The notes beneath the pieces were generated by a model. It was not told the DNA's origin. It was given only the letters and a program-made list of their open reading frames with translations, and did not search any database. Position numbers and translations under genes: made by a program. Source: a virus. From it: a stretch of 64,000 nt of DNA. The DNA is taken from IMG/VR virus record IMGVR_UViG_3300021373_003510, positions 1 through 64,000 of that record; one strand, written 5' to 3'. Numbering within the stretch: the first letter of the stretch is position 1; every line of letters starts with the position of its first letter. Shown in pieces: positions 1 to 11,700 of this stretch.

Positions 1-465
1 TAATCCATCGACGGTATCAGCATCTAATCCATTACCTGCGCCTTCATCTGCAGTTGTAAGAATACGATTGCCTTCAATCGTTGTAGTAGAAAGGCCTGTA
101 AAGTCAGTTCCTGTACTTGTGAATGCTAATTTATTTGAACCTGAGTATTTAATAACAATACCTGCGGTACCGTCATAAAATTCAATACTGTTTCCTTGCT
201 GAGGATTTGTGATGGAGTAATCGCCTGTTCCAATATTGCGAATCTGGAGTGAATCAGAATCGCCTTCGAACTGAGCAACAATTGTACTTGCAGATGCGCC
301 GCCTGAGTTTGTAACCTTTAATGTTGGAGTGGAAGCAGTTCCTTGAGTAAGAACCGTATCTCCAGTGACCTGGAGTTTTTCGCCAGTATCCGTGCTGCTG
401 CCGATAACAGCATTTTCTGGCGTCAAGAGTCCATTCTTGACTATAAATTTTTTGTCATTTGCCAT
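1..465 (-). CDS. Tail fibre protein, N-terminal part (runs off the left window edge; absent from the ORF track)
   Basis: Manual translation from ATG at 465: MANDKKFIVKNGLLTPENAVIG...ADEGAGNGLDADTVDGL. The frame is open to position 1 and shares the GLDAD.LDG motif of the neighbouring fibre. Confidence 0.85.
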   Translation of the reverse strand, partial: MANDKKFIVKNGLLTPENAVIGSSTDTGEKLQVTGDTVLTQGTASTPTLKVTNSGGASASTIVAQFEGDSDSLQIRNIGTGDYSITNPQQGNSIEFYDGTAGIVIKYSGSNKLAFTSTGTDFTGLSTTTIEGNRILTTADEGAGNGLDADTVDGL

Positions 466-519
466 TCGGTTCACTCTCCCCAGATAGGCGGTTTAAATTA
501 TATTGTACTGTTTTATTTA

Positions 520-3500
520 TCAATCTTTTATTAGTGTGGCTGCAATTTGATAGGTAGTTGCATTAGAACTTGCTGCAGTTGCGTTCAATTGAACGTTTCC
601 GCTTTGAATCGTAACATCATATGTTGCTAAACTACTATTTGTATATATTGTCGCAAACTCCGTTGCTACCGCAGTTGTTCCGTTATGTACAATTAATAAT
701 TTAGTTATATGTCTATTTGTCCCATCAGTTGCAGTTATTATTAATTCTCCACTGTTATAAACTGTTTTGTCAAACTCAAAAATTGTTGATACAAATGAAG
801 AAGATGTAGTTGATTGTTCCGATGTTAAATCAGTTGATTCTAAAGAAACCGTATTACCAACCAATGTAGGAACCGTTAAGTTCCCAGTCATTGTATCACC
901 GGTTACATTTACATATCTTGCGTCCGCAATATTAATTGTTAGAACTGCAAGATTATTTTTTGTGAATCCTACAACGTGACCAAACTTATCAAAGCTCATA
1001 CTCTCAATAACTTCAGCGTTAGGTAAATCTAATATACCCGTATTCGCAACACTTGAAGTATCGGCGTGAGTTAAAACAATATTTGCTGTAAGTGGTCCAC
1101 CACCTGTAACACCATCTGCACCAGTTACTGATCTATCAGCTGCTTTAAGGAATAGTGTTTCAGTTTCGGTTTCTGTATAATATCGGTTATCTAATTGACC
1201 GTTGTCTAATTCTGTTTCTGTGTAGTATCTGTTATCAAGCTGGCCTGCATCTAATTCTGTTTCGGTATAATATCTGTTGTCAAGCTGTCCTGCATCTAAT
1301 TCTGTTTCTGTATAATATCGGTTATCTAATTGACCTGCATCAAGTAACGCCTGTGTATAGTAACGATTATCAAAGTCGACTTGGTCAAGACCTGTGACGT
1401 GACCGTAAGTATCTAATACTACATCTTGTATTACTTGACCGCCACTTCCTAATACACTTGCCTGAGAACTTGTATCGGCGTGATTAATTGTAATCGTTGT
1501 GTTAGCATTTTGATTAAGTGTAAACGATCCACCACCATCTATTGCATTTCCTGCCGTGACAGTGATTGTAGAATTGAAAACATTATTGGCTGCACCTGAA
1601 GTTGCTGCATTAATAATATCGGCGGCATGCTGACCATCAAGTAGGTCAGCGTCAAGTCCCGACCCTGCACCATCCACTGTCTTAATTGCTGTTAATATTT
1701 CTGAAGCAGTTTGATCCGCAGTTGCTCCTGCTTCAATACCATCAAGTTTAGCACCGTCTACCGATACATCACGACCATCAACTGTTCCTGAGATTGTAAT
1801 ATCACCGGTAATATCAAGTTCGCCAAACTCATGTATATTCGCAAGGAAGTGAGTACCATCTCCTGCTTCTAAATTTAATGTTGTATTCGCGTTATGCCAA
1901 GTAAGATTTTCAATGCCTCTTACCGATGCTGAACCGGCGGCAGTTAATCGTCCATCTTCATCAACTGTAAATGTTGGTATTGCTGTTGCGGATCCATAAG
2001 ATCCTGCTGTAACCGCGGTATTCGCAAGTTCTGTAGCTACACTTATAGTACCATTACCCAAGTCTGTAAGTGTTGTAGTACCGCTTCCAGTAACCTTACC
2101 GGTCAGTGATACACCTACTTGAGGATCTGGTAAATTAGTAAAGTTTGTAAAGTCAAGATAATGAGTACCTTCTTGGCCATCAAGTAAATCTGCATCTAAT
2201 CCTGAGGTTGTTCCATCAACTGTTTTAATTGCTGTAAGTATTTCAGATGCTGTTTGGTCGGCGGTTGCTCCTACCTCTATACCATCAAGCTTTGTCCCAT
2301 CAGCCGCCAGGTCTCTACCATCAACAGTTCCTGTGACGGTAATGTTTCCTGTGACATCAATTCCTGAACCGAAATCAACATTTGCATCGAACTGAGAAAT
2401 GTTAGCATCATATTGTGATCCATCCCCTGTTATAATTTGATAAGTGTTATTTGCTGTTAACCAATTTGTTGAACTGATACCTGCGACCGAAGCAGTGGCA
2501 GCTGCAGTGATACGACCATCGGCTGCGATTGTAATAATAGGAATTTCTGTTGCACCACCATATTGAGCAGCAGTAACTCCTGAAGCAGCAATGTCTGTTG
2601 TAATTGTTCCGCTTGCTAAATCAGTTAATGTAACCGAACCTGTGACATCTCCTGAGAGTGTAATTGTTGGGTCAGGTTTGTTTGTTGTATTTGTAAAGTC
2701 AAGATAGAAATCGCTATTTGCTCCATCAAGCAAATCAGCATCCACACCTGAGAAGGCGCCGTCATTACTTAACACAACATTTATAATATCTGTGTTACTT
2801 GGTATACTTGGAGTATTTGTAAAATTACCGTAGTCTAAATAATAAGTACCATCTTGACCGTCAAGAGAATCGGCATCTAATCCTGAACCTGTTCCGTCAT
2901 TTGCTAATATGACATTTACAATTTCAGTATTTGATAAGTTAACTTCAGCACCAACTTGAATACCATCAAGTTTAGTACCATCTGCTAATATATCTCGACC
3001 ATCAACAGTCCCAGTGACTGTAACATCTCCTGTGACATCAATACCTGCACCAAAATTAACGTTTAAGTCAAAGTCAGATATTGGAGTATGAAATTGACTT
3101 CCATCAACAGTTGAGATCTCAAATGTATTATTTGCTTGATACCAATTTGTATCAGAAACACCTGCGACCGAAACATCAGCTGCAGCCGTAATTCTTCCAT
3201 CTTCATCAACAGTGAATGTTGGTATTTGAGAACTTGATCCGTATGAACCTGCTGTGACTGCAGTATTCGCAAGCTCTGATGTAATATTAATTGTGCCATT
3301 GCCAAGGTCTGTTAAAGTGGTCGTCCCTGACCCTGTTACCTTCCCTGAAATATTAACATCTATTTGAGGATCGGGTTTATTTGTTGCGTTTGTAAAATCT
3401 AAATAATGAGATCCTTCTTGACCATCTAATAGGTCAGCATCAAATCCATTTCCTGAACCTTCATCACCTGTAGTAATGATTCGTCCAGTTGTTCCTCCTG

Positions 3501-3996
3501 AAAGAATTTCCCAATAATCGTTTGTTTCATTCCATTGTAAAACTACATTAGTATCAGATCCTCTTTCAACTTCAATACCTGCATTTTCTGTTGGAGAGCC
3601 TGTAACATTATTGTTTAATACAATGATATTATCATCAACGGTTAAAGTTTCTGTATTAACTGAGGTTGTGTTACCTGAGACAGTAAGGTTACCTGTGATG
3701 ATTAAGTTACCATCAAAAGTATCGTCTTGATCTGCTCTTAAGAATTGTAATGAATCTAAACCATCAAGCAAGTCGGCATCAAGACCTGATCCTGCTCCGT
3801 CGACTGATTTAATTAAAGTAAGAAGGTCATTTGGATCGGCACTAAACTCAACAATGGATTCTACTCCACTGACATCTTGTTTAATGTAGATCTTACCGTC
3901 GGCTGTGTTTATCGCGAGTTCGCCTAACTCCAGCTGAGAGGTAGTAGGTACTCGTCCTTGAACGGCACTTCTTTTTAGCTTAATTAATGTCGACAT
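520..3996 (-). CDS. Long tail fibre-like protein (1158 aa)
   Basis: N-terminal IKLKRS..GRVPT..QLELGELAINTADGKIY motif typical of phage fibre N-termini; many SGLDADLLDG repeats; repeated ~190-aa modules; lies in the structural module. Confidence 0.8.
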   Translation of the reverse strand: MSTLIKLKRSAVQGRVPTTSQLELGELAINTADGKIYIKQDVSGVESIVEFSADPNDLLTLIKSVDGAGSGLDADLLDGLDSLQFLRADQDDTFDGNLIITGNLTVSGNTTSVNTETLTVDDNIIVLNNNVTGSPTENAGIEVERGSDTNVVLQWNETNDYWEILSGGTTGRIITTGDEGSGNGFDADLLDGQEGSHYLDFTNATNKPDPQIDVNISGKVTGSGTTTLTDLGNGTINITSELANTAVTAGSYGSSSQIPTFTVDEDGRITAAADVSVAGVSDTNWYQANNTFEISTVDGSQFHTPISDFDLNVNFGAGIDVTGDVTVTGTVDGRDILADGTKLDGIQVGAEVNLSNTEIVNVILANDGTGSGLDADSLDGQDGTYYLDYGNFTNTPSIPSNTDIINVVLSNDGAFSGVDADLLDGANSDFYLDFTNTTNKPDPTITLSGDVTGSVTLTDLASGTITTDIAASGVTAAQYGGATEIPIITIAADGRITAAATASVAGISSTNWLTANNTYQIITGDGSQYDANISQFDANVDFGSGIDVTGNITVTGTVDGRDLAADGTKLDGIEVGATADQTASEILTAIKTVDGTTSGLDADLLDGQEGTHYLDFTNFTNLPDPQVGVSLTGKVTGSGTTTLTDLGNGTISVATELANTAVTAGSYGSATAIPTFTVDEDGRLTAAGSASVRGIENLTWHNANTTLNLEAGDGTHFLANIHEFGELDITGDITISGTVDGRDVSVDGAKLDGIEAGATADQTASEILTAIKTVDGAGSGLDADLLDGQHAADIINAATSGAANNVFNSTITVTAGNAIDGGGSFTLNQNANTTITINHADTSSQASVLGSGGQVIQDVVLDTYGHVTGLDQVDFDNRYYTQALLDAGQLDNRYYTETELDAGQLDNRYYTETELDAGQLDNRYYTETELDNGQLDNRYYTETETETLFLKAADRSVTGADGVTGGGPLTANIVLTHADTSSVANTGILDLPNAEVIESMSFDKFGHVVGFTKNNLAVLTINIADARYVNVTGDTMTGNLTVPTLVGNTVSLESTDLTSEQSTTSSSFVSTIFEFDKTVYNSGELIITATDGTNRHITKLLIVHNGTTAVATEFATIYTNSSLATYDVTIQSGNVQLNATAASSNATTYQIAATLIKD
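1159..1371 (-). repeat. Coding tandem repeat, 45-nt/15-aa unit RYYTETELDAGQLDN (4 full copies plus a partial one)
   Basis: Seen directly in both DNA and protein; copies differ mostly at synonymous positions. Confidence 0.95.
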
Positions 3997-4035
3997 ATAT
4001 ATGTCCTTCTATATCATATACCTATTTAGGCAATT

Positions 4036-7000
4036 TTAAAAGGTTCCTCCATCAAGTGTTGTGACGGTAACATCGCCACTTGCCACTGTAAAGTTTGCTA
4101 GGTTAAATGAAGCAACACCAATATTGGAATCACTTGCTAATTCACCAGCAATCGTTATTTGATTATTCGCAACCGTTGTGTTAATTCCTTCACCTGCGGC
4201 GTAGGTAATTGTTTCACCCAAGGCAACTACATCTGTGGTACCTGTTTCGGCTGCTATGTTAATACCTGCAGTTGTTAAGTTTCCAACTGCTGTATCTAAA
4301 AATTGTTTATTTACCGCATCTTTGCTATTGACAGGGTCGTTAACATTTGTTATAATAGAGTTATCAACGCTAAATACACCAGTAGTAGGGTTAACTGTAA
4401 TATCACCACTTGAATTACTTATTGTATTATTTGCGATTGTAAGATTGCCGCCTATGGCAATCTGTGTATCTAAATTTAATCCTTTAAATCTGGAGTTTTC
4501 TCCAGCAGGGTTAAGTAAATAGTTTACATCTTGACTATCAATAAAGTTTCTTGAAAATACTGACCCGTCCTCAACGTGCCAGCCATTGTCCGTTGTATCG
4601 AAATATGTACCGAAGTTAAACGAACTACTTAAGAAACCTGCCTTTGTTCCTTGAGCATAGAAATACATATTACCTGAACCTGTTCCCAGAATAATCTGAG
4701 AGTTAGGTTGATTATAACCAATATGTAAATCTTTTAATCTTGATGTACCTGCAGGGTCAGCATAGAAAGATAAGTCATCTTTACTTACAAATTTTGTTGC
4801 TCTTAAATCACCATTAGATGTATCACCACCTTCAGCATTAATATATCTTGCATCAAGAGTTACATAATCAAATGTTGTTGCGATTGCTACATTAGAGTTG
4901 TTTTGAACTGTTCCGTTACCAGTGACGGCTCCAGTTAAATCAATGTCAAATGGATTTGTTCTAAAGTCAAGTTTAAGACCTGCTGTATTTGCCGTTACTC
5001 TTATACCTTGCTCAACATTACCATTTCTTACAGCATCTGAAACAACATCAAAGATGGAGTCAGCAAAGTCAACAACCGCGTTGGATGATACGGATAAAGG
5101 AACATTAACTAATGAACGAACACGCCCATACACGTCAAACTCAAAGTTTGGAACCGTTCCTTCAATACCTGCTTCTCTTAAACCTGTAAATGATTGCCAT
5201 ACAGGATCCAATCCAATCTGAACTACATTGTTTGCTTGATCGTATGTTTCAATTGTAAGAGCAGTACCGATTTCAATACTTGGCTTGTCTACTTTATCAA
5301 ATAAATCTAAGACATAAGTATTAGCACCTTTAGTAATATGGAAGTCTCTATCAAAAGTTTCTTCAAGATAGAACTTAGTTACAGCATCAGTATTACTTAC
5401 AGGATCGGCAAGACCTGTTATGACAGTGTTACCTACATCAATATGTCCACCAATTTCAAATACTAAATTATTAGCACCTGAGTTAATTCTTTGCTGACTG
5501 TCTACAATAAATGCTTCGGTACCACCAGTGACAAATCTTAATTCATCGTTATCTGCACCAGGACTTGATTCTGCTTCAATAAATGTATCTTGGTCAACGT
5601 CTTTAACTCCACCTAATGAAGCCCAGGCATTTCCACTATAGCCTTCAAATACTCCATCAGTAGAATTGAAACGAACCATACCAGCAGCAAGAGGATTTGG
5701 TCTTTGAGCCGTTGTTCCAACAGGAACTGTGATTGCACCTGTTTCATCAACCGTAACAACTCCAGTATCACTCTTTAATTTCTGTGAGTAAACTTCAGCC
5801 CAATTAGATCCTGTAGCACCAAGATCAAACGTGTTATCAGTTTGTGGTAATAAATCAGAACTGAAGTCAGCAACAACATTAATCGAATCCGTTACTTGAT
5901 CACCAAGGGTTAAATTACCTGCGATTGTAACATCACCTGTAAATTCACCAGAACCATCTACTCTAAATAATGTACCATCAAAAGTTAATCCTGCACTATC
6001 AGATAACGCTCCACTTGGTCCGGCAAAAACAACCCTTCCATCTGTAAGAGAGGCAATTGATAATACATCGGTTGTTTGATTATATGTTAAACCTGCATCA
6101 CCTTCTATTGTTCCGTTTGCGCCTGCTACAAATACTTGCCCAGGTGTTACGGTATTAATTTCAGGAGAAGTTAAGAATTGTGAAGTTGCATTAACAACTA
6201 AATGAGCACCGTCATATTGGATATTATTATTTGAAGATAACGCACCAGTATCTGTTACGAACATCATTGTGTTCGCTTCGAGGTTACCTACTGATAAACT
6301 GTCACCTGATAAACCACCTGATGTACTAAAGTCACCATCAACAGAAATACCACCAACGATTGTTAAATTGGTACCATCCCATGCAAGGTTTGCTTGACCT
6401 TCTAATGTTCCACCTGATGATGTATAAACAATTGAGCCTGGAGCAATTTTGGAAACAGCTGCATCTGCAAATGTTGCCTTCTCATCAGAATAATCTATTA
6501 CAATACCATTATTTGCGCCGAATGTCAAATCACCATCTTGGTTGATTTCCATTCTCTTAACGCCACCAGTAAAGAATTCTAAATCATCACCATCCGCACC
6601 TGGTGCTGTCTCGGCTCGTATAAACGTATCTTTATCTACGTCTTTAACACTACCCGCTAACTCAGACCAAGCAGTACCGTCATAACCTTCGAACCGGCTA
6701 TCCGAAGTATTATATCGAACCATACCAACCGCTGCGGTTGGACGATCAGCTGTTCCACCTACTGGTAAAGTAAAGGCACCGGTTTCATCAATTGTTACTA
6801 CACCACTATCAGACTTGATTGTGGGTGTAAATATTCTGTGCCAATTCTTAGTAGGTGCACCTATACTAAATAGGCCAGGTGCGTCAGGAATAAGATCGGA
6901 AGTAAAATCTGCGACAACATTGATTGTATCAACTTGGTTATCACCTAATGTAAGGTTACCACCAATTGTCACATTACCTGTAATATCAGCATCACCATCT

Positions 7001-8238
7001 ACCGTAAATGTGGTTCCGCTGAATGTTAATTTATTACTGTCTATTAATTCTCCATCAAGACCAGAGAATACAACTCGTCCTGATGTTAAGTCAGTAACAT
7101 TAACACTTCCTAATTCTGTTTGCCCAGGTACTCTAAGTATATCTAAAAATACACCACCTGTGGCTGTAATTGAAACTCCATCGAAAGATAAGTTAGCACT
7201 ATTTACAAGTTCGCCATTTGCGGCAGCGTATATAATACGCCCTTGTGCAAGGTCTGAAATATTAACACTTCCGAGAGTTGCTTGACCAGGGACAGAAAGA
7301 TCGTCTAAGAATACACCGCCTGTTGCGATTATACTCGTATCATCAAATCTTAAATTTGCAGAGTCAATTAATTCTCCGCCTGCACCTGCATATACAATAC
7401 GACCTTGTGTAAGGTCAGAAACATTTAAGCTATCTGTATCTGTTTGACCGTCAACTTGTAATCCATCTAAGAACACTGCTCCTGTAGCAGTTATGGAAGT
7501 TCCGTCAAATGTAAGATTAGCACTATCGACAAATTCGCCATTAGCTGCTATAAAAGGTATTCTTGTTGCTGTTAAATCAGAAACATTTAGACTATCAACA
7601 TCTGCTTGACCATCAACCTGTAATCCATCAAGGAATACACCGCCGGATGCAATAAGAGATGTACCATCAAATGTTAATCCTGCACTATCAGAAACGAAAC
7701 CATTTGCACCGGCAAATAATATTCTTCCTTGTGTGATACTTCTGATTGTTGTTGTATCGGACGAGATTGGACCATCAATGTTTAAGCTTGTTAGTCCTAC
7801 GAGAGTATTTGTAGTTTCACCTAGTGTAAGAGCTGTATTACCAATTGTAATATCATTTGAAGAAATGATTGTTGAATTTGCATTAAAGTTTAATGGATTA
7901 AAACTTACATTTTCAAAATCAGTAATATGACCAAATGTATCAATTGAAATATTCTTAGGATATGATAGATTTGGATTTGTTGTGCTAACTGCGTTTGAAG
8001 TATCAGCATGTCCTACAACAACATTTGCTGCTTGATCGTAAACAGTTTGGGAAACAACAATGCCATCAGCAGATTCTATTTGCTGAACATAGTTGCCTAT
8101 AGTGTCAATTCCAAGGACAACACTATCCGGAACGATTTGTGGTTTTCGTTCTGCTGGAGCTACAATAGGAGTAGATTGACCCTGTTTCGGTACGGCTTTA
8201 ATTGAGCGGCCGCCACCGATCTTGACCTTTATGCTCAC
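4036..8238 (-). CDS. Tail fibre-like virion protein (1400 aa)
   Basis: Repeated LT.GRI.FAG.NGEL.DSA.LTFDG units, a duplicated GMVRYN...FEGY.G.AW...VKDVD.DTFI.AE module, P....DAV.K motifs and C-terminal DGGTF. Confidence 0.75.
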   Translation of the reverse strand: MSIKVKIGGGRSIKAVPKQGQSTPIVAPAERKPQIVPDSVVLGIDTIGNYVQQIESADGIVVSQTVYDQAANVVVGHADTSNAVSTTNPNLSYPKNISIDTFGHITDFENVSFNPLNFNANSTIISSNDITIGNTALTLGETTNTLVGLTSLNIDGPISSDTTTIRSITQGRILFAGANGFVSDSAGLTFDGTSLIASGGVFLDGLQVDGQADVDSLNVSDLTATRIPFIAANGEFVDSANLTFDGTSITATGAVFLDGLQVDGQTDTDSLNVSDLTQGRIVYAGAGGELIDSANLRFDDTSIIATGGVFLDDLSVPGQATLGSVNISDLAQGRIIYAAANGELVNSANLSFDGVSITATGGVFLDILRVPGQTELGSVNVTDLTSGRVVFSGLDGELIDSNKLTFSGTTFTVDGDADITGNVTIGGNLTLGDNQVDTINVVADFTSDLIPDAPGLFSIGAPTKNWHRIFTPTIKSDSGVVTIDETGAFTLPVGGTADRPTAAVGMVRYNTSDSRFEGYDGTAWSELAGSVKDVDKDTFIRAETAPGADGDDLEFFTGGVKRMEINQDGDLTFGANNGIVIDYSDEKATFADAAVSKIAPGSIVYTSSGGTLEGQANLAWDGTNLTIVGGISVDGDFSTSGGLSGDSLSVGNLEANTMMFVTDTGALSSNNNIQYDGAHLVVNATSQFLTSPEINTVTPGQVFVAGANGTIEGDAGLTYNQTTDVLSIASLTDGRVVFAGPSGALSDSAGLTFDGTLFRVDGSGEFTGDVTIAGNLTLGDQVTDSINVVADFSSDLLPQTDNTFDLGATGSNWAEVYSQKLKSDTGVVTVDETGAITVPVGTTAQRPNPLAAGMVRFNSTDGVFEGYSGNAWASLGGVKDVDQDTFIEAESSPGADNDELRFVTGGTEAFIVDSQQRINSGANNLVFEIGGHIDVGNTVITGLADPVSNTDAVTKFYLEETFDRDFHITKGANTYVLDLFDKVDKPSIEIGTALTIETYDQANNVVQIGLDPVWQSFTGLREAGIEGTVPNFEFDVYGRVRSLVNVPLSVSSNAVVDFADSIFDVVSDAVRNGNVEQGIRVTANTAGLKLDFRTNPFDIDLTGAVTGNGTVQNNSNVAIATTFDYVTLDARYINAEGGDTSNGDLRATKFVSKDDLSFYADPAGTSRLKDLHIGYNQPNSQIILGTGSGNMYFYAQGTKAGFLSSSFNFGTYFDTTDNGWHVEDGSVFSRNFIDSQDVNYLLNPAGENSRFKGLNLDTQIAIGGNLTIANNTISNSSGDITVNPTTGVFSVDNSIITNVNDPVNSKDAVNKQFLDTAVGNLTTAGINIAAETGTTDVVALGETITYAAGEGINTTVANNQITIAGELASDSNIGVASFNLANFTVASGDVTVTTLDGGTF

Positions 8239-8573
8239 GAAACCTCCGTAATAGTATCGACTACGATTGCTAGGCCTTCAACTATTTTGGTTCGTTCTCC
8301 TGTTTGTTTTTCCATTACAACATCGTATTGATATTTGCCCGGGGTTAAAGCATCTGTTTGTTGGTCAGTAAGTACCAATGTGATGTCGTTGTTTGCTACT
8401 TCAATATTGAAATTTACTGCTGCCGTGGACGAATATACTTTTCTTATGCTGCTATAGAAATTATAAACAGAAATAGTTGCGTCATCATATTCGACACCCT
8501 CGTCATTAAACAGGTTCAGCTCTGTCCTGAAGTCCATTCCTTTATCGATGTAAATATTAGCTCTTGATGCCAT
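8235..8573 (-). CDS. Small virion structural/adaptor protein (BppU-N-like beta sandwich)
   Basis: [11 protein letters not shown]...[22 protein letters not shown]...KIVEG pattern; 4-nt overlap with the downstream fibre gene; late promoter upstream. Confidence 0.7.
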   Translation of the reverse strand: MASRANIYIDKGMDFRTELNLFNDEGVEYDDATISVYNFYSSIRKVYSSTAAVNFNIEVANNDITLVLTDQQTDALTPGKYQYDVVMEKQTGERTKIVEGLAIVVDTITEVS

Positions 8574-8611
8574 GGTGATGAAACCTTTTTAATTTTTTTC
8601 TATTATTACCT

Positions 8612-8619
8612 TATTTATA
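8612..8619 (-). promoter_or_regulatory. T4-type late promoter TATAAATA
   Basis: Exact TATAAATA on the minus strand ~40 nt upstream of the 8573 start. Confidence 0.8.
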
Positions 8620-8715
8620 AGATATGGCGACTCAAATGAAAAAGGACATCGAATTAATGCCCTTTCATAGTTAGAAAAATATGATCAGAGCATTTAAACC
8701 CGACACATAATATAT

Positions 8716-11700
8716 TTACTTTTTCAATCCGTCAATTTCTTTTTGCTGCTCTTTAATTGCTTCAATCAGTATACCGACCAAGTTACCATAAGATACAGTC
8801 TTTGTGCCATCATCTCTTTGTGCCACAACTTCAGGAATTACTTTTTCTACTTCTTGAGCAATTACACCAGTTGCAGCTTCGCCGTTTTCAATCCAATTAA
8901 AATTAACACCACGTAGCTGTAATACTTTATCGAGGGCATTTCCAATTGTTTCTACATTATCTTTTAGTGATTCATCAGATGTTGTATTGAAGTTAGCAGC
9001 TGTGATATCACCAGTGGTGGTAATGTTATATGTTTGACCGTCTAAGTTACCACCTAATTGTGGAGTTGTATCTTCAACTATATTATTGAGGTTACCACTT
9101 CCACCTCCACCTGTCGGCCATGTTGTAATTGTTGAACCGTTTAATGTAACTGATCCATCAATTTTCAAATTTTCTAATGTTAATTCATCGTCATTAGCCG
9201 TATAGAAGAAGTTTTGTTGACCGCCTGGGTTAGGAGTTGTTGTTCCATATAATGGTCTTGCACCCGATCCACCTTGGGTCATAGTAATGAACATTGCTGT
9301 TCCTTGTAGACCACTTGTATGAATTGAACCAGTATCTACACTTCCTGACGATCCTGTTGTTCCTTGTGCACCAGTATTTCCTACTGCTCCTTGGAAACCA
9401 ATTAAACCTTGAATACCTTGTAAGCCAGATCCTGTAATACCCGAGACACCTTGTGGGCCCGCTGGGCCGGCCGGACCTTGGAAACCATCGGCCCCTTGAG
9501 AACCAGGAAGACCTGATTCACCTTGAATACCTTGTGGTCCACCACCTGAAGATCCTTGGAAACCTAATGTACCTTGAACACCTTGAACACCTTGTGGGCC
9601 AATTGGACCTGAAGGACCCTGCGTACCAGTTGCATCCTCACCTGTCGGTCCCTGAGCTCCAGGAGGTCCCTGAATACCAATTGAACCTGATCCTTGCTCT
9701 CCTTGAATACCAGTGATACCTTGAACACCTTGGTTACCTATAGGACCTTGAGCACCTGCACCACCCGTTCCACCAGCATTACCTTGAGCACCTTGTGGAC
9801 CAGCTCCACCTTGAATACCTTGTAAGCCAGATCCGTTTTCACCTTGTATACCCAAGTCACCTTGTATACCTTGCGTACCTTGTGGACCAGCAGATCCTAA
9901 ATCTCCGCTTTCACCTTGAACACCTTGAGTACCTTGAGGTCCTTGAACACCAGGAGCACCAGTTCCAGGAGGTCCTTGAATACCTTGGAAACCTTGAATA
10001 CCCTGTGTACCCTGATTTCCGTCTCCGCCAATACCTTGAATACCCTGTGGTCCAACTCCACCTTGAATACCAACACCTTGAGTACCTTGAGGTCCAGGAG
10101 AACCTGCTCCAATTAAACCTTGAATACCTTGTGGTCCACTAGGTCCTTGAATACCTGCTCCATCAAATCCTTGTAATCCTTGTGGTCCGTCTGAACCTTG
10201 AACACCTTGAACACCTTGTGTACCTGCGCCTGTTATACCAGATATACCCTGCGTTCCTTGTAAACCTTGGAATCCTAATGGTCCTTGAACACCTTGTGAA
10301 CCTGTTCCGCTTGCGCCTTGTAATCCTTGAATACCTTGAAGACCATCTTGTCCGATACCAGTTAAACCTTGAATACCTTGAGGTCCTTGAATACCTGCTC
10401 CAGTTGTTCCTTGAGTACCCTGAGAACCTGGGCCGCCTGGTTGACCTTCTCCACCCGCAGGACCCTGTGGCCCATCTGCACCATCAGTACCTTGAACACC
10501 TTGAATACCTTGTGTACCTTGGAATCCATCCGATCCTACACCACCGATACCTTGTGATCCTGTGATACCTTGAATACCCTGAATACCTTGGGCTCCTGCA
10601 CCAGACTCACCTTGAATACCTAAACCACCTTGAACACCGGCTTCACCTTGAACACCTTGTATTCCAGTTGCACCAGTATTTCCTTGTAATCCTTGAGTAC
10701 CTTGTGGGCCTTGTAAACCTTGAGGTCCAACACTACCTTGTGCGCCTGCTCCAGTAGATCCTTGTAAACCTTGGAGACCAAATGTTCCTTGAACACCTTG
10801 GAGACCTTGTAAGCCTTGAGCACCAGTTGAACCGATATCACCAGTTCTTGCGAATGTAATTGTTACATCTTCACCATCAGAGAATGTACCGTTACCACTT
10901 ACAAAAGCACAGGTAAGAATAAAGTATCCTGTTGGTTCTGCCAATGCAGAGATTGTAAATATTTGGAAAACTTCAGGTTGTGATTTCTTTGTAATCTTGA
11001 AGTGACCTTTAATAGGACTTGTAGAATCATCTACCGTTCTAAGGAAAGGTTCAATATTAATAAAGTTATCATCTCTGTCATCAATATACAATGCAGTAGC
11101 TGATGAATAAGATGAGTTATTTAATTTTAAGTTACCAATACCTGGGTCGTTATTGATTGTATCAGTAGAGAAAGTATAATCAAATGTAATACCACCAAAC
11201 GAACCTTCAGCACCTTGTAAACCTAAACTACCTTGTAAACCTTGAGGTCCTTGAATACCTGCTCCAGTTAAACCCTGTAGACCTTGAAGACCTTGTAATC
11301 CTTGAGCACCTTGAATACCTGCTGGGCCACGAGGAATAAACGTGATTAAAGCAGCAGGACCATGAACAGCGTTAACAGCTGTCTGCCAATTAGTTACATT
11401 ACCATCAACGTAGGTAACATCAAAGTAACCGTAATTCTTAGCTCCTGAATCCCAAGTCCAATCTGTAATTTCATAAATTAACCAATGGTGTCCAGCAGGA
11501 CCTTGTCCATCGTCGTAATTACCTTCTTGAACTTTTAAGTAACCTTTAACTGTTCCTGGTTGACTATCAATGAAATCTAAGAAAGCATCAACTTCTTGTG
11601 AATATTGGTCGGCAGGAATATCGTCAAGTGTAATTAAAGTAGCAAGTGATGGATTTGAATTATTAAACTTAAAGTTATTTGTGCCTGGGTCAGTACCACC

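Noticed and set aside
343-534. 63-aa plus-strand ORF
   Set aside because: It is antisense to the real, edge-truncated fibre gene starting at 465.
1159-1371. 45-nt repeats as a CRISPR array
   Set aside because: No unique spacers; the units are in-frame coding repeats with synonymous variation, and there are no cas genes.
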